Part shown: positions 28,927-39,428 of the stretch, in pieces
Numbering within the stretch: the stretch's first letter is position 1
Layout of the letters: the number at the start of each line of letters is the position of its first letter
From: Isosphaeraceae bacterium
GTDB lineage: Bacteria; Planctomycetota; Planctomycetia; Isosphaerales; Isosphaeraceae
NCBI GenBank assembly: GCA_965201075.1
Contig: CBDAVP010000016.1
Coordinates: 62,001 to 126,000, forward strand
DNA length: 64,000 bases
Reading direction: 5' to 3'
Made by a program: the position numbers and the translations under genes
The notes under the pieces: generated by a model
Told to the model about the DNA's origin: nothing
The model's database searches: none
Seen by the model: the letters and a program-made list of their open reading frames with translations, nothing else

Positions 28927-29486
28927 GCGAGGCCGAAGGCAACCCCTGGACGACCCTGGCCACCCGGGGCGTTTACCAGAATCCCTGGATCTCGGTCCGA
29001 GAGGATCAGGTGATCCAGCCCGATGGGACGCCCGGAATTTATGGGGTTGTCCACTTCGCCCACAAGGCGGTCGGTGTTCTGCCCGTGGATGAGCAAGGGC
29101 GGATCTGGTTGGTCGGGCAGTATCGTTACCCGATCGGCCAGTATTCCTGGGAGATTCCCGAGGGGGGCAGCCATGCGGGCGAGACCCCCGAGGAGGCGGC
29201 TCGCCGTGAACTTCGCGAGGAGACCGGATTGTTGGCGGGGCGGTTGGATCGGATCGCCGTGGCCCATCTATCGAACTCAGTCAGCGACGAGGAAGCGGTC
29301 ATCTTCCGGGCGACCGAGTTGCAACCAGGGCCGAGCTCGCCCGAAGGGTGCGAGCGGATCGAAGTCCGGGTGGAGGAGTGGGAGACTGTCTGGGGGATGC
29401 TGGGGAGGGGTGAACTCACCGATTCGATGACGGTGATTGCTCTACTACACGAGGCGGTGATTCGGGGAAAGGCCAGGCAGGTGTGA
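28923..29486 (+). CDS. NUDIX hydrolase (ADP-ribose pyrophosphatase-like)
   Basis: Nudix box [22 protein letters not shown] plus QYRYP and WEIPEG. It overlaps the sucD stop (ATGA). Confidence 0.9.
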   Translation: MSEAEGNPWTTLATRGVYQNPWISVREDQVIQPDGTPGIYGVVHFAHKAVGVLPVDEQGRIWLVGQYRYPIGQYSWEIPEGGSHAGETPEEAARRELREETGLLAGRLDRIAVAHLSNSVSDEEAVIFRATELQPGPSSPEGCERIEVRVEEWETVWGMLGRGELTDSMTVIALLHEAVIRGKARQV

Positions 29487-29502
29487 GGGAGGGGAGGGCG
29501 AC

Positions 29503-30429
29503 TCAGCGGGCGGCTTCGGCGGAGGTGTCGGCGAGGACGAGGGCGGTGGGGAACTGGCGGCCGGGGCAGTCGACCTGGCCCGAGGCGAGGTGCTGGTGGG
29601 TCCCGACGTGCTCGGCGGCGATGGCGTAGCGATCTTGAAGGTAAGCGACCAGGGCGTGAGTGGCCTCAACCTGCTTGGGGGTGGGCGGGGCGTGGTCGAA
29701 GTCGCCGATCAGACAGATGCCGATGCCGTATTCGTTCACGTCGGCCGACTTGCCGTCGCGGCAGTGGGCCCCGCCCTTCTGGTCGGACCATCGCTGGGCG
29801 ACTTCGACCTGTCCGTCGGGGCTCTCGGTGCCGTTGCCGACGACGAAGTGGTATCCACAGCCATTGAAACCGCGGGCGGCCCGGTGGTCGCGGTCGATTT
29901 GCGCGTAGCCGCCCGCGGGGGAGGCGCTGTGGTGCAGGACGACGTACTTCCAGGGCCGATCGGCCTTGGGAGGGGTATAGAGGTCGTCGGCGTCGTTGAC
30001 GAACGGGGTCAGGTCGTCCCGCAGCGACGCCTGCCGGGCCCGGAAGTTCAAACCACGAATCCGCCGGCCCGTGCGGGGGACGATCAGGGCGGGCTCGGTC
30101 TTGGAGGTCGGCGTGGTCATCGGTTCCAGCTGAGGCTCGCTGATGCCGCCGGCCTTGGAAGGAGCCGAAGGGGGAGAGGTCAGTCCGCCGTCGGAGAACC
30201 CGGGGGTGATGACGGCCGATGACGACGCGCCGGCACGCCCGCCGCAGTCGCCGGAAGGACAAGGGGAGACCGGAGCGACCACCGCCGGCGCGAGGACCGG
30301 CGCGCCGTAGACCGGACGCAAGGCGGTGCGGGAGTGGTGGCGGCAGCCAGTCGAGGCAACCAGCGTCAGGGACGCGGCGAGCAGAAACGTGGGGGCCGTC
30401 CGGCCCTTGGGCAATCGGAGAAATCGCAT
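29503..30429 (-). CDS. N-acetylmuramoyl-L-alanine amidase (Amidase_2/PGRP-like), probable lipoprotein
   Basis: VVLHHSA, GYHFVVGNG, GAHC, IGICLIGDF and HQH...DCPG Zn motifs; lipobox-like LVASTGC; Pro-rich linker. Confidence 0.85.
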   Translation of the reverse strand: MRFLRLPKGRTAPTFLLAASLTLVASTGCRHHSRTALRPVYGAPVLAPAVVAPVSPCPSGDCGGRAGASSSAVITPGFSDGGLTSPPSAPSKAGGISEPQLEPMTTPTSKTEPALIVPRTGRRIRGLNFRARQASLRDDLTPFVNDADDLYTPPKADRPWKYVVLHHSASPAGGYAQIDRDHRAARGFNGCGYHFVVGNGTESPDGQVEVAQRWSDQKGGAHCRDGKSADVNEYGIGICLIGDFDHAPPTPKQVEATHALVAYLQDRYAIAAEHVGTHQHLASGQVDCPGRQFPTALVLADTSAEAAR

Positions 30430-30932
30430 GGCGGACCTCGGAATGGGCGGGGGATCGCAAATCCTGGGTGGGACGGCCGGGGTGCGGTGGGAACAATCGC
30501 AACCGTGATGCCGTTTCCCCCGGTTCTCGCGATGCCAGGTCGCCGAACACACCTCATTTCGACTCAACTCTACACGCCAATTGGCCGAAGGTCGGAAATC
30601 CTGGATTGGCGGGTAAAAAATCCTCAAGTCCGCGAGGACCCTTGTCGGGGTCTGGGCTTGTAAGAAATTCCTGACCCCTGTCAATCCGAGAAACCTTACC
30701 CTGGAATCTCCCAAATTTGCCCAATCGCCAAGCTTTTCGGGAACCAATCAACCCTCAATTTCCGCAAATTCAATGAAACCGATCCTTCCCGCGCTTTCCT
30801 TTCCGTCACGACGATCCACCGAACCTGGCGGGGGCTGGCCGCGTCGCGTTATTCTAAGGGCCGAATCTTGTTCGGAGCGGAACTGGCGGGTGATCCGTTC
30901 CCGCTGGTGTGCTGTTGAGGTCGGAGAAGTCG

Positions 30933-33701
30933 ATGCCTTCGTATCATCCCCAGAAGATCGAACCTCAATGGCAAGTGTACTGGAAATCTCACGAGACCTT
31001 CCGCGCTCGCGACCTTGTTCTCGGGAAGCCTAAGCTTTATGTCCTGGACATGTTCCCGTACCCGAGTGGCGCGGGGCTGCACGTTGGCCATCCCGAGGGG
31101 TACACGGCCACCGACATTGTTTGCCGCTTCAAACGGATGCGAGGCTTCAACGTCCTGCACCCGATGGGTTGGGATGCCTTCGGCCTGCCCGCCGAGCAGT
31201 ATGCCGTCCAGACCAATACCCACCCCAGCATCACCACTCGGAAGAACGTCGAGACCTTCCGTCGGCAGATCGAGTCGTTGGGGTTTTCTTATGACTGGTC
31301 GCGAGAGGTGGACACCACCGACCCGGCCTACTACCGGTGGACTCAGTGGATCTTCCTGAAGATTCACGACACCTGGTACGACCCCGGTTTCGATTGGGTC
31401 GATGGCCAGGGTCGGCCGCACAAGGGCAAGGGGCGGCCGATCGCCGAGTTGCCGATTCCCGAGGGGGAGGCCGACCCGGACGCCTATCGAGATCGCCATC
31501 GCCTGGCGTATCGCGCCGAGGTGCCGGTGAACTGGTGCCCGGCGCTGGGGACCGTGCTGGCCAATGAAGAGGTCAAGGACGGCAAGAGCGAGCGTGGGGA
31601 TCATCCGGTGGTGCGGATGCCCTTGAAACAGTGGATGCTGAGGATCACCGCGTATGCCGACCGCCTGGTCGACGACCTGGAACTCGTCGACTGGACGCGG
31701 GCCATCAAGGACATGCAGCGCAACTGGGTTGGCCGCAGCGAGGGGGCTGAGGTCGATTTCCTCGTGGCGGATGGCGATGCGTCGATCCGCGTCTTCACCA
31801 CCCGGCCCGACACCCTCTTCGGCGCCACCTACATGGTGCTGGCTCCCGAGCATCCGCTGGTTGACCGCCTGACGACCGAGGGGCAGCGCGCCGAGGTCGC
31901 CGTTTATCGAGAAGCCGCGGCTCGCAAGAGCGACCTGGACCGGACCGAACTGGCCAAGACCAAGACCGGCGTGGCGACCGGGGCGATGGCCATCAACCCC
32001 GTCGATGGTCGACCGATCCCCGTCTGGATCGCCGATTACGTGCTGATGGGTTATGGCACCGGCGCGATCATGGCCGTCCCGGGCCACGACGAACGGGATT
32101 TTGCCTTCGCGAAAGCCTTTGACCTGCCGATCGTCCGGGTCGTGGCCCCTTCGTTGGCCGAGGCCGGTCGTCCGCTGGAGGAGGCCGACGTCGAGCCGGG
32201 CGTGGCGGTGAACTCTCGCAACGACGAGATTTCCCTCGATGGCCTGCCGACGGGTGAGGCCAAGGCGAAGGTGACGGCCTGGCTGGAGGCCCGCGGGTCA
32301 GGCAAGGTAGCCGTCAACACCAAGCTCCGTGACTGGTTGTTCAGCCGTCAGCGCTACTGGGGCGAGCCGTTCCCGATCTTGCTGGATGGAGAGGATCGGG
32401 CCACGGCTGTCCCCGAGGCCGAGTTGCCCGTTCTGCTGCCGGACCTGGATGACTTCCGGCCGTCGGGTCGCCCCGAGCCCCCCCTGGGCAAGGCGACCGA
32501 GTGGGTTCGTTACTCGGCGACGGCCCGCCGGGAGACCAACACGATGCCCCAGTGGGCCGGCTCCTGCTGGTACTACCTGCGGTATCTCGACCCGAAGAAC
32601 GCCGAGCAGCCCTGGGACCCGGAGATCGAAAAGTACTGGATGCCCGTCGATTTGTATGTGGGTGGCGCCGAGCACGCGGTGCTGCACCTGCTTTATAGTC
32701 GGTTCTGGCACAAGGTGCTCTTTGATCGTGGATTGGTCAGCACGCCCGAGCCCTTCGGCAAGCTGGTGAATCAGGGGATGATCCTGGGAGAGGTCGAGTA
32801 CACTGGATATCGGAACAACGAGACCGGGACGTGGTCTTCCTCGGGGGATGTCCAGGAGGTTGAGCCGGGGCATCGGCATGATGCGCGAAGCGGGGAGAAG
32901 GTCGAGGCGGTGAAGCTTGATCCCGAGGAGGTCGTCAAGCAGGGGGACAGCTTTGTCTTGGCGGCGAGGCCGGACATCCGCGTCGAGGCTCGGGCTCACA
33001 AGATGTCCAAGAGCCGGGGGAACGTCATCAGCCCCGATCAGGTGGTTGAGGAGTATGGCGCTGATAGTCTTCGGCTCTATGAGATGTTCATGGGACCCCT
33101 GGAGGCGGTCAAGCCCTGGAGCATGAAGGGGGTTGAAGGCGTTTATCGGTTCCTGGCCCGCGCATGGCGGTTGATCGTCGAGGAACGGGCCGAGGAATTG
33201 GCCCTGGATGCTCGGGTTCGCGATGTCGAGCCGACGGCCGAACAGTCGAAGCTGGTGGCCCGGACAATCGCGGCGGTGGCCGAGGATTATGAACGTCTCA
33301 GCTTCAACACCGCGATCAGCCGGTTGATGGAGTTCGCCAACGCGTTTACCTCGGCCGAGGCGCGGCCCCGGTCGTCGATGGAGGCGTTCGTTCTATTGCT
33401 GGCGCCGATGGCCCCGCACATCGCCGAGGAGCTTTGGAAGGCGCTGGGGCACAACCAGACGCTGGCCTACGAGCCGTGGCCGACGTTTGATCCGAAGTGG
33501 TTGATCGACGACGAGGTGGAAATTCCCGTGCAGGTCAACGGCAAGGTGCGGGGGCGGGTGGTTGTCCCGGCCGATGCCGACGCCTCGGCGCTGGAGGCGG
33601 CATCTCGGGCGGATGCCAAGGTCGCCGCCTTGCTGGAGGGGAAGACGGTGCGGAAGGTGATCGCCGTGCCGGGAAAGCTGGTCAACTTCGTGGTTGGCTG
33701 A
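30933..33701 (+). CDS. leuS: Leucine--tRNA ligase
   Basis: [14 protein letters not shown] (HIGH), FTTRPDT editing domain, [16 protein letters not shown] and C-terminal VQVNGKVR. Confidence 0.97.
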   Translation: MPSYHPQKIEPQWQVYWKSHETFRARDLVLGKPKLYVLDMFPYPSGAGLHVGHPEGYTATDIVCRFKRMRGFNVLHPMGWDAFGLPAEQYAVQTNTHPSITTRKNVETFRRQIESLGFSYDWSREVDTTDPAYYRWTQWIFLKIHDTWYDPGFDWVDGQGRPHKGKGRPIAELPIPEGEADPDAYRDRHRLAYRAEVPVNWCPALGTVLANEEVKDGKSERGDHPVVRMPLKQWMLRITAYADRLVDDLELVDWTRAIKDMQRNWVGRSEGAEVDFLVADGDASIRVFTTRPDTLFGATYMVLAPEHPLVDRLTTEGQRAEVAVYREAAARKSDLDRTELAKTKTGVATGAMAINPVDGRPIPVWIADYVLMGYGTGAIMAVPGHDERDFAFAKAFDLPIVRVVAPSLAEAGRPLEEADVEPGVAVNSRNDEISLDGLPTGEAKAKVTAWLEARGSGKVAVNTKLRDWLFSRQRYWGEPFPILLDGEDRATAVPEAELPVLLPDLDDFRPSGRPEPPLGKATEWVRYSATARRETNTMPQWAGSCWYYLRYLDPKNAEQPWDPEIEKYWMPVDLYVGGAEHAVLHLLYSRFWHKVLFDRGLVSTPEPFGKLVNQGMILGEVEYTGYRNNETGTWSSSGDVQEVEPGHRHDARSGEKVEAVKLDPEEVVKQGDSFVLAARPDIRVEARAHKMSKSRGNVISPDQVVEEYGADSLRLYEMFMGPLEAVKPWSMKGVEGVYRFLARAWRLIVEERAEELALDARVRDVEPTAEQSKLVARTIAAVAEDYERLSFNTAISRLMEFANAFTSAEARPRSSMEAFVLLLAPMAPHIAEELWKALGHNQTLAYEPWPTFDPKWLIDDEVEIPVQVNGKVRGRVVVPADADASALEAASRADAKVAALLEGKTVRKVIAVPGKLVNFVVG

Positions 33702-33715
33702 AGCGAAACGCAGCC

Positions 33716-33743
33716 ACGGCCTTCCCCGGTTGAGAAAGGCCGT
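33716..33743. terminator. Stem-loop between convergent leuS and TPR gene
   Basis: ACGGCCTT / AAGGCCGT inverted repeat with a 12-nt loop. Confidence 0.4.
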
Positions 33744-33755
33744 CGGGCCTCGTCA

Positions 33756-34778
33756 TCACTTCCCCTGGGCGACGGCGACCCAGGGGCTGGTGGGGTAATC
33801 TTGCTTGAGGCGGTCGACGGCCTCGGTGGCGCGGTCGGCGCGGTTCATGGCCCGGGAAATTTGGGCGATGGCGGCGAGGGCTCGGGGGTGCTCGTCCTTG
33901 TTGCGGGCGTAGAGCAGGTCGGTGTGGAGGAAGGCGAAGAGGGCGTCCTTGGGTCGGCCGGCGGCCCGGAGGACGTCTCCCAGGGTGTTGTAGGCGGGGG
34001 CCTGGGCGAGGGCGTCCTCGGGCTGGGCGGCCTGGATGACCTCCCGGGCGGCGGCCTCGGCCTCGGGGAAGTTCTTGTCGGCGGCCAGGGCCTCGGCCAG
34101 GGCGAGCCGGGCGTCGCGGCCGGCGGGGGTGTCGGCCGCGACGGTTCCGGTGATCGGTTTCAGCAGCGCCACCGCTTCGGCCGCCTTGCCACGGGCGGTC
34201 AGGATTCGGCCTTTGGCGACTTCGGCCCGCTCCTTGGCCCAGGGGACGTCCTTCAGGGCGGTCGCCGCGGTCTCGGCGTGGGCGTAGTCCCTGGCCTCCA
34301 GCGATAGGCGGATCAGCAACAAGAGCGCAGGGCCCCGGTGACGGCTTTTGGGGTTGGACCGGGTGAAGGCGTCGAGGCCCTTGATCGCCTCGGTCGGATT
34401 GGTGGCCGCCAGGAGGTCCAGGCGCCTCATCTGGATCGCCTGGGCGATGAACGGCTTTTCGGCGGCGGCGTCGACGGCCTCCTGGTACTTGGCCAAAGCT
34501 TCGGGGAACTTGCCGCCGCGTTCGTTTTGCTCGGCGACGGTCAGGGCCGGCGGCGAGCCGTTGTAGTCGACCGACTCGACCTCGGGGACCGGGACCTTGT
34601 TGGTGCCGATGACGACCTCGGCGGGGGATTCCTCCGTCACCGACCCGCCGAGCTTGCGGACCTTGCCCGTCGCGTCGGGGACGGTCGTCAGGGTGTCGGC
34701 CAGGAGCGGAGCGGCGAGGCTCAGGGTCAGCCACACGGCGATCGCCGAGGCGGCGGGGGCTCGACGGCTGGCGGTCAC
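33756..34778 (-). CDS. Secreted tetratricopeptide-repeat protein
   Basis: GTG after GAGGA; signal peptide (LTLSLAAPLLA); TPR-like helices (AYNTLGDVLRAAG, LKQDYPTSPW). Confidence 0.75.
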   Translation of the reverse strand: MTASRRAPAASAIAVWLTLSLAAPLLADTLTTVPDATGKVRKLGGSVTEESPAEVVIGTNKVPVPEVESVDYNGSPPALTVAEQNERGGKFPEALAKYQEAVDAAAEKPFIAQAIQMRRLDLLAATNPTEAIKGLDAFTRSNPKSRHRGPALLLLIRLSLEARDYAHAETAATALKDVPWAKERAEVAKGRILTARGKAAEAVALLKPITGTVAADTPAGRDARLALAEALAADKNFPEAEAAAREVIQAAQPEDALAQAPAYNTLGDVLRAAGRPKDALFAFLHTDLLYARNKDEHPRALAAIAQISRAMNRADRATEAVDRLKQDYPTSPWVAVAQGK

Positions 34779-34837
34779 GGGCGGTTCCTCGGTCGGGGCC
34801 TGCGAGGTGTCGGTCGGGAGGGACGTTCGACTGGTGG

Positions 34838-37693
34838 TCAGCGGGACACGTCGCGGAGCAGCTCGTCGTAACGCTTCTTCATCTCGGGGGAGCCGACCCC
34901 CCTGGACTGAATCATGATCGCCTTGAGTGTCTTGACCGCGTCGGAGTTGCGACCCTGGCGGGACTGGCAAAGCGCGACATGATACCAGGCGTCGAAATAC
35001 TCGGGAGACCTGGCGAGCTTGGCGGACCGGCCCAGGAGAGTCGCCAGCCTGGACCACTCCGAGGAAGCCTTGACCCAGCCGGCCTTGTCCAGACCCGACT
35101 CCTGCGCGCGGGCCTCGTACAGCTGGGCCTGCGCGACCATGACCTCCAGCGACTTCTGCTTGGCTGTCAACAGAGGGTCGAGCATCGCCTGGGCCTGGTC
35201 AAACTGCTTGGCGCCGATGAGGGCTTGAATCTCCATGAAGCGGGCGCGTTGCAGGCGGGCCTGGGCGTCGGGCTCGGCCAGGAAGGCGGCGTCGTTGGAG
35301 TAGGTCTTCAGGACGCGTTCAAAAATCGACGCGGCCTTGGCGGCTTGCCCCAGGGACAGCAGTGACTCTCCGGCCCATTCGAGGCTCTGATAGGATTGCC
35401 CGTCGGTGTTGGCGGCCATCGCGTCGAGGAACTGGGCGTAGGTCGTCTGGGTTTGTTGCAAAGCGGCCTGGTCCCCCTTGGCCTTGAGGTCGGCGACCTG
35501 CTGCTCCAGCAGCCGCCCCAGGCCGAAGAACAGGTTGACCATCCCCTGCCCCGAGCCCCCGCTGGCCTGGAGGGCTTTCATCTGAGCGACGGCCCCGTCA
35601 ATGTTCTTGTTGGCGATGAGAGCCCGCAGGTGGGTGGAGACCAACCGGGCGCGAAGGTCGGCCTCCTCGGCGGAAGGTTTGCCGGTGGCGGCCTTGACCA
35701 AGGGGTCGAGCAGGGTCAGCGCGTCCTGAGGCTTGTCCTGGGCCAGCAGGATTTCGGCGAGGTCGGTGGTGGTCGTCACCAGGGCCGGGTCGGTGGGAGG
35801 CGTCTTGGCGTCCTGGCGAAGCTGAACGGCCTGGCGGAACAGGGCGATCGAGCGGTCGACCTCGGCCTGGGCCTCGGTGGGCTTGTCCTTGAGTTCCTGG
35901 CTGCGGAGGTAGCGGGCCTTGCCGGCCTTGGCCAGGGCGTCGGGTCGTCGGGGGGAGGCGGCTCGGAGGGATTCCAACGCCTTGGCCGCGTCGTCGAAAT
36001 GGCGGCGGCTCATCTCGATCTCGCCGAGAGTGACCTTGGCCACGTCGGCCGGTTCGGTGTCGGGCATCGTCTGCGCGGTGAAGGCGGCGAGGGAGGCCAG
36101 GCGGTCGGCCTCGGCGGCGCGTTCGGCGGCGGGGGATTCGTTGAAGGCAGCCCCCAGCGAGGCCAGGGCGATCTCGATAACCCGCTTGGCCTGCTCGTCC
36201 TTGGGGTAGTTGCGGGCCAGGTGCTCGGCCACCACGTCGGCGGCGGCGTACTCCTTGTGAGAGTACAGGGCGAAGGCCAGCAGGCCCCGGGCGGTATTGA
36301 TCCGGTCCTGGTCCTTGCCCGGGTCGAACTTCCGCAAGGCCACCCGCAAAAGGGAGATCGCCTGGTCATAGCCGCCCGCTTGCAGAAGGCCCTCGGCCTG
36401 GCTGAGAGCCTCCTCGGGCCGGAGGGTGGTGGGATTGACCGGCTGTCCCCCCTTGGCTTCGGCGGCGGACTTGGTCTGTCTCAGCAGCAGGATCGCGGCG
36501 CGCTTGTGCCGGGAGCTGACCTTGGTCACCTCCTTGAGGGCCTCGCTGGCTCGGCGGATCGTGGCGGTACGATCCGGGTCGTTGGCGGCGACCTCGGCGG
36601 GGGCGGGGGCGGGGCCGTCCGCGTCCCCTTCGGGCAGGGCGTGGGCCTGACCCAGCAGGTCTCGGCCGAGTTCGACCAAAACCCCCAGCGCCTCATCGTT
36701 CTGGCGGTCGCGACCTTCTTCCTTGAGCCACCTTTCGGCTTCCGCCTGGGCCAGCGCGTAGTCGTGGCGCTTGCCCATGAGGATGATCCGGAAGTAGGCG
36801 ACCTGCCTCAGGAGCGGGCGGAGCCTGGGGTCGGGCTCGTCCTTCAACTCGTCGTAGATGCCCATCGCCCGGCCGAGGTCGCCGGGGCCGTTGCGCTCCT
36901 CGTAACACTTGCCTTGCCACATCCGGGCGACGACGCCGGCCATCTGGTTGCGATGCTCGTCGGCGATCACCTCGAACCGGTTGCGGGCGCGATCCAGCGC
37001 GATTTCCCGCGGCCGAGACCCCATCGGGTGGGTCTGGGCCTCCTCGTAGTCAACCAAGGCCTGTTGGAGGCGGGCGTCGACCCAGTCGACCAGGGCCTGG
37101 TCGCGAGCCTGGCGCATCGGGTCGTCGTCGGAGAGGGACTTGGGCATCGCCAGGTAAGTAGCCTTGAGCGGCCCCTCGGCGCGGGCGAAGCCGTCGGCGG
37201 CGCGTCGGAGCAGGGTGCGGGCCTCTTCCTGAAGGCGTTTGGCCTCGTCGGGAAACTTGGCGTCCAGGCTGCGTAGCTCGGCGAGGTGACCGGCCTCGAC
37301 CAGCACCCGCGATTGCTGACGCAGGCCGGCGACGCCCAGGGGCGTTCCCTCGTGACTTTTGACGAAGTCATTGAGCCGGAGGGCGGCTTCCTCGTACAAC
37401 CGCGACCGCTGGGCGAGGTCGGTCGTTCGCGAGGCGGCGGCGGCCATCGCGGGGCCTTCCTCCAGCTCGAGCATCGCCTTGACGTCGGCGGGGGTCTCGG
37501 GCGACTGCCGGCCGAGTTCGATATAATCGAGGGCCCAGTCCGAATAGCCGCGATCGTTGAGGGCCTCGACAAACCGCCGGGCCTGGGCCGCCGGCAGCGA
37601 CAGACCAGACTCGGCGCCGAGGGCGGCCGACCAGGTCGTCGCGGCCCACCCCAGCATCGCGAAGGGGCCCAGCATTCGACGGCGAAAGGACAT
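34838..37693 (-). CDS. Large secreted tetratricopeptide-repeat protein
   Basis: 951 aa, N-terminal signal-like segment, Ala-rich helical repeats throughout (GYDQAISLL, YFDAWYHVALC). Confidence 0.8.
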   Translation of the reverse strand: MSFRRRMLGPFAMLGWAATTWSAALGAESGLSLPAAQARRFVEALNDRGYSDWALDYIELGRQSPETPADVKAMLELEEGPAMAAAASRTTDLAQRSRLYEEAALRLNDFVKSHEGTPLGVAGLRQQSRVLVEAGHLAELRSLDAKFPDEAKRLQEEARTLLRRAADGFARAEGPLKATYLAMPKSLSDDDPMRQARDQALVDWVDARLQQALVDYEEAQTHPMGSRPREIALDRARNRFEVIADEHRNQMAGVVARMWQGKCYEERNGPGDLGRAMGIYDELKDEPDPRLRPLLRQVAYFRIILMGKRHDYALAQAEAERWLKEEGRDRQNDEALGVLVELGRDLLGQAHALPEGDADGPAPAPAEVAANDPDRTATIRRASEALKEVTKVSSRHKRAAILLLRQTKSAAEAKGGQPVNPTTLRPEEALSQAEGLLQAGGYDQAISLLRVALRKFDPGKDQDRINTARGLLAFALYSHKEYAAADVVAEHLARNYPKDEQAKRVIEIALASLGAAFNESPAAERAAEADRLASLAAFTAQTMPDTEPADVAKVTLGEIEMSRRHFDDAAKALESLRAASPRRPDALAKAGKARYLRSQELKDKPTEAQAEVDRSIALFRQAVQLRQDAKTPPTDPALVTTTTDLAEILLAQDKPQDALTLLDPLVKAATGKPSAEEADLRARLVSTHLRALIANKNIDGAVAQMKALQASGGSGQGMVNLFFGLGRLLEQQVADLKAKGDQAALQQTQTTYAQFLDAMAANTDGQSYQSLEWAGESLLSLGQAAKAASIFERVLKTYSNDAAFLAEPDAQARLQRARFMEIQALIGAKQFDQAQAMLDPLLTAKQKSLEVMVAQAQLYEARAQESGLDKAGWVKASSEWSRLATLLGRSAKLARSPEYFDAWYHVALCQSRQGRNSDAVKTLKAIMIQSRGVGSPEMKKRYDELLRDVSR

Positions 37694-37819
37694 GGCCAGG
37701 CGACCCCCGGGACGAGCGAATGCGGAGAGCGGCGACGACGTCCCTGTACTCTAGATCGCCCGCCGCGACCGAGCAAGGGTCGCACGCCCTTCGGCCGGGC
37801 CTTGCACCGGAACTCCTCA

Positions 37820-39280
37820 ATGACCCCACCTCGAACGTGGTTTCCTCGGCGGGTGGGTCATCGCAAGGTCGCCGCGGCGTTGCTGATCGTGGCGGCGGTG
37901 GCGGGGGCTTGGGCCTACCGGGTTTGGTCCGACCAGCCGACTCGGTGGGCACTTTTGGCCACGATCCCATTGGGCCCCCACAGGTCTCCGTTCGGCTTTG
38001 AGGCGGTTTGTGAATTTTCCCCGAGCGGCGACCTGCTGGCCATCTTCCTCAGGAGGGAGCCAGGTGGAGACCGGGTCCGACTCCTGGACGCCCGGACGGG
38101 ACACTCTCGGCCGTTGAGGGACCGGGTGCCGGGGATGGCCGATGCCCTTGATGCCGCCTTTTCGCCCGATGGGAAATTTTTGGCCTGTCTGTACTGGCCG
38201 AAGGTCCGGGGGGACCAGGCTGTCGACGACCCGAGCCTCAGGGTCGCGGTCTGGGAGGTCCCCAGCGGCCGGGTCGCCTTCGATGACGTTGTTCTGCCCG
38301 GCGCCTGGTCGAGTGAGGAGGAGACGCTGCGGTTCTCGCCCGATGGCCGTCGACTCCTGGTGTCTTTCCGGCAGCCAATTCAGATGGATCAGAAACGGGA
38401 AGGAGTGCTGGACGGATATTGCTGCCTCGTTTGGTGGGAGGCCGCCACCTGGCGACGACGCCTCGCGATCGAGCCTTACGTCCAGGGGCACGCCACCCCG
38501 GCGTTCTCCCCCGATGGTCGACGGAAGGTGGTCGCGGAGGCCCGGGGCCTTCGCGTTGTCGACGTGGCCTCCGACCGAGTTCTGGGGCGAGTCACTCGCG
38601 ATCCGGCGCCGCCGGGGGCTTTCGCTGGCGAAACGGATGACGGAGGAGGCGACCAGGAGATCATTCATTTCCTGGAAGACGGCTCGTTCCTCTGGGGCAA
38701 CCTTGACGACTTCAGCAGTTTTCGCTGCGAGTCGTCCGGGCAATCCCCCGAGGTCGTGCGGAACTGGCGGCTCTCGGAGCGTTGGGGTGAGCCGTCGACG
38801 GCCGAACAAAGCGTTCTCCAACTCGATGAGAGTCGCCATCGTTTATCAAGGTGGGCGATCCACCAACAAGGCAGCGAGGCTTCTAAGCATGGAATAAAGG
38901 TCTCCCGGCAAGACCTCTTCAACCTCAAGACTGGACGCCCGGTCTGCCGCTTGCCATTTCCCGACGATCCCACCGCATGGGCCTGTGACCCAAACGGGCG
39001 ATTCGCGGCGATTGCCTCGGTTCGACACGAGAGCCCCCGACGGTGGTCCGATCTCTTGCCCGCGGCCCTCCGGGACCGAATCGGTTTCGTGGCGGCTCAG
39101 CCCGTGGCTCTGTACCACTTCTCGATCGTGGAGACGCGGACGTGCCGGGTCGTCGGCGTGCTGGACGGGGTTCGGCCTTCGCGATCCCGATCCATCCAGG
39201 CGCAACAGTTTTCCCCCGATGGCCGGACCCTTATGACCCAGGACCCCGAATCGGGGATTCGGCTCTGGCGGGCCCCCTGA
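37820..39280 (+). CDS. Membrane-anchored WD40-like beta-propeller protein
   Basis: N-terminal TM, repeated FSPDG motifs, ending FSPDGRTLMTQDPESGIRLWRAP. Confidence 0.75.
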   Translation: MTPPRTWFPRRVGHRKVAAALLIVAAVAGAWAYRVWSDQPTRWALLATIPLGPHRSPFGFEAVCEFSPSGDLLAIFLRREPGGDRVRLLDARTGHSRPLRDRVPGMADALDAAFSPDGKFLACLYWPKVRGDQAVDDPSLRVAVWEVPSGRVAFDDVVLPGAWSSEEETLRFSPDGRRLLVSFRQPIQMDQKREGVLDGYCCLVWWEAATWRRRLAIEPYVQGHATPAFSPDGRRKVVAEARGLRVVDVASDRVLGRVTRDPAPPGAFAGETDDGGGDQEIIHFLEDGSFLWGNLDDFSSFRCESSGQSPEVVRNWRLSERWGEPSTAEQSVLQLDESRHRLSRWAIHQQGSEASKHGIKVSRQDLFNLKTGRPVCRLPFPDDPTAWACDPNGRFAAIASVRHESPRRWSDLLPAALRDRIGFVAAQPVALYHFSIVETRTCRVVGVLDGVRPSRSRSIQAQQFSPDGRTLMTQDPESGIRLWRAP

Positions 39281-39428
39281 TGCCTCGCCGAAACCCTTGG
39301 AGACGTCCTTCGGCGTGACTTCGAGCGAGGCCGACGATACTCCTCCGAGACGTTCCCGAGCGAACTCTCGTCAATGGACCGACAAAGACCCTCCGCAGCA
39401 TCTCGTCCGCACCTTTTGGAGGTCAATC

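Noticed and set aside
30430..30932. AT-rich gap as a replication origin or a leuS T-box
   Set aside because: No DnaA-box cluster (TTATCCACA) and no T-box (GGTGGNACCGCG) seen.
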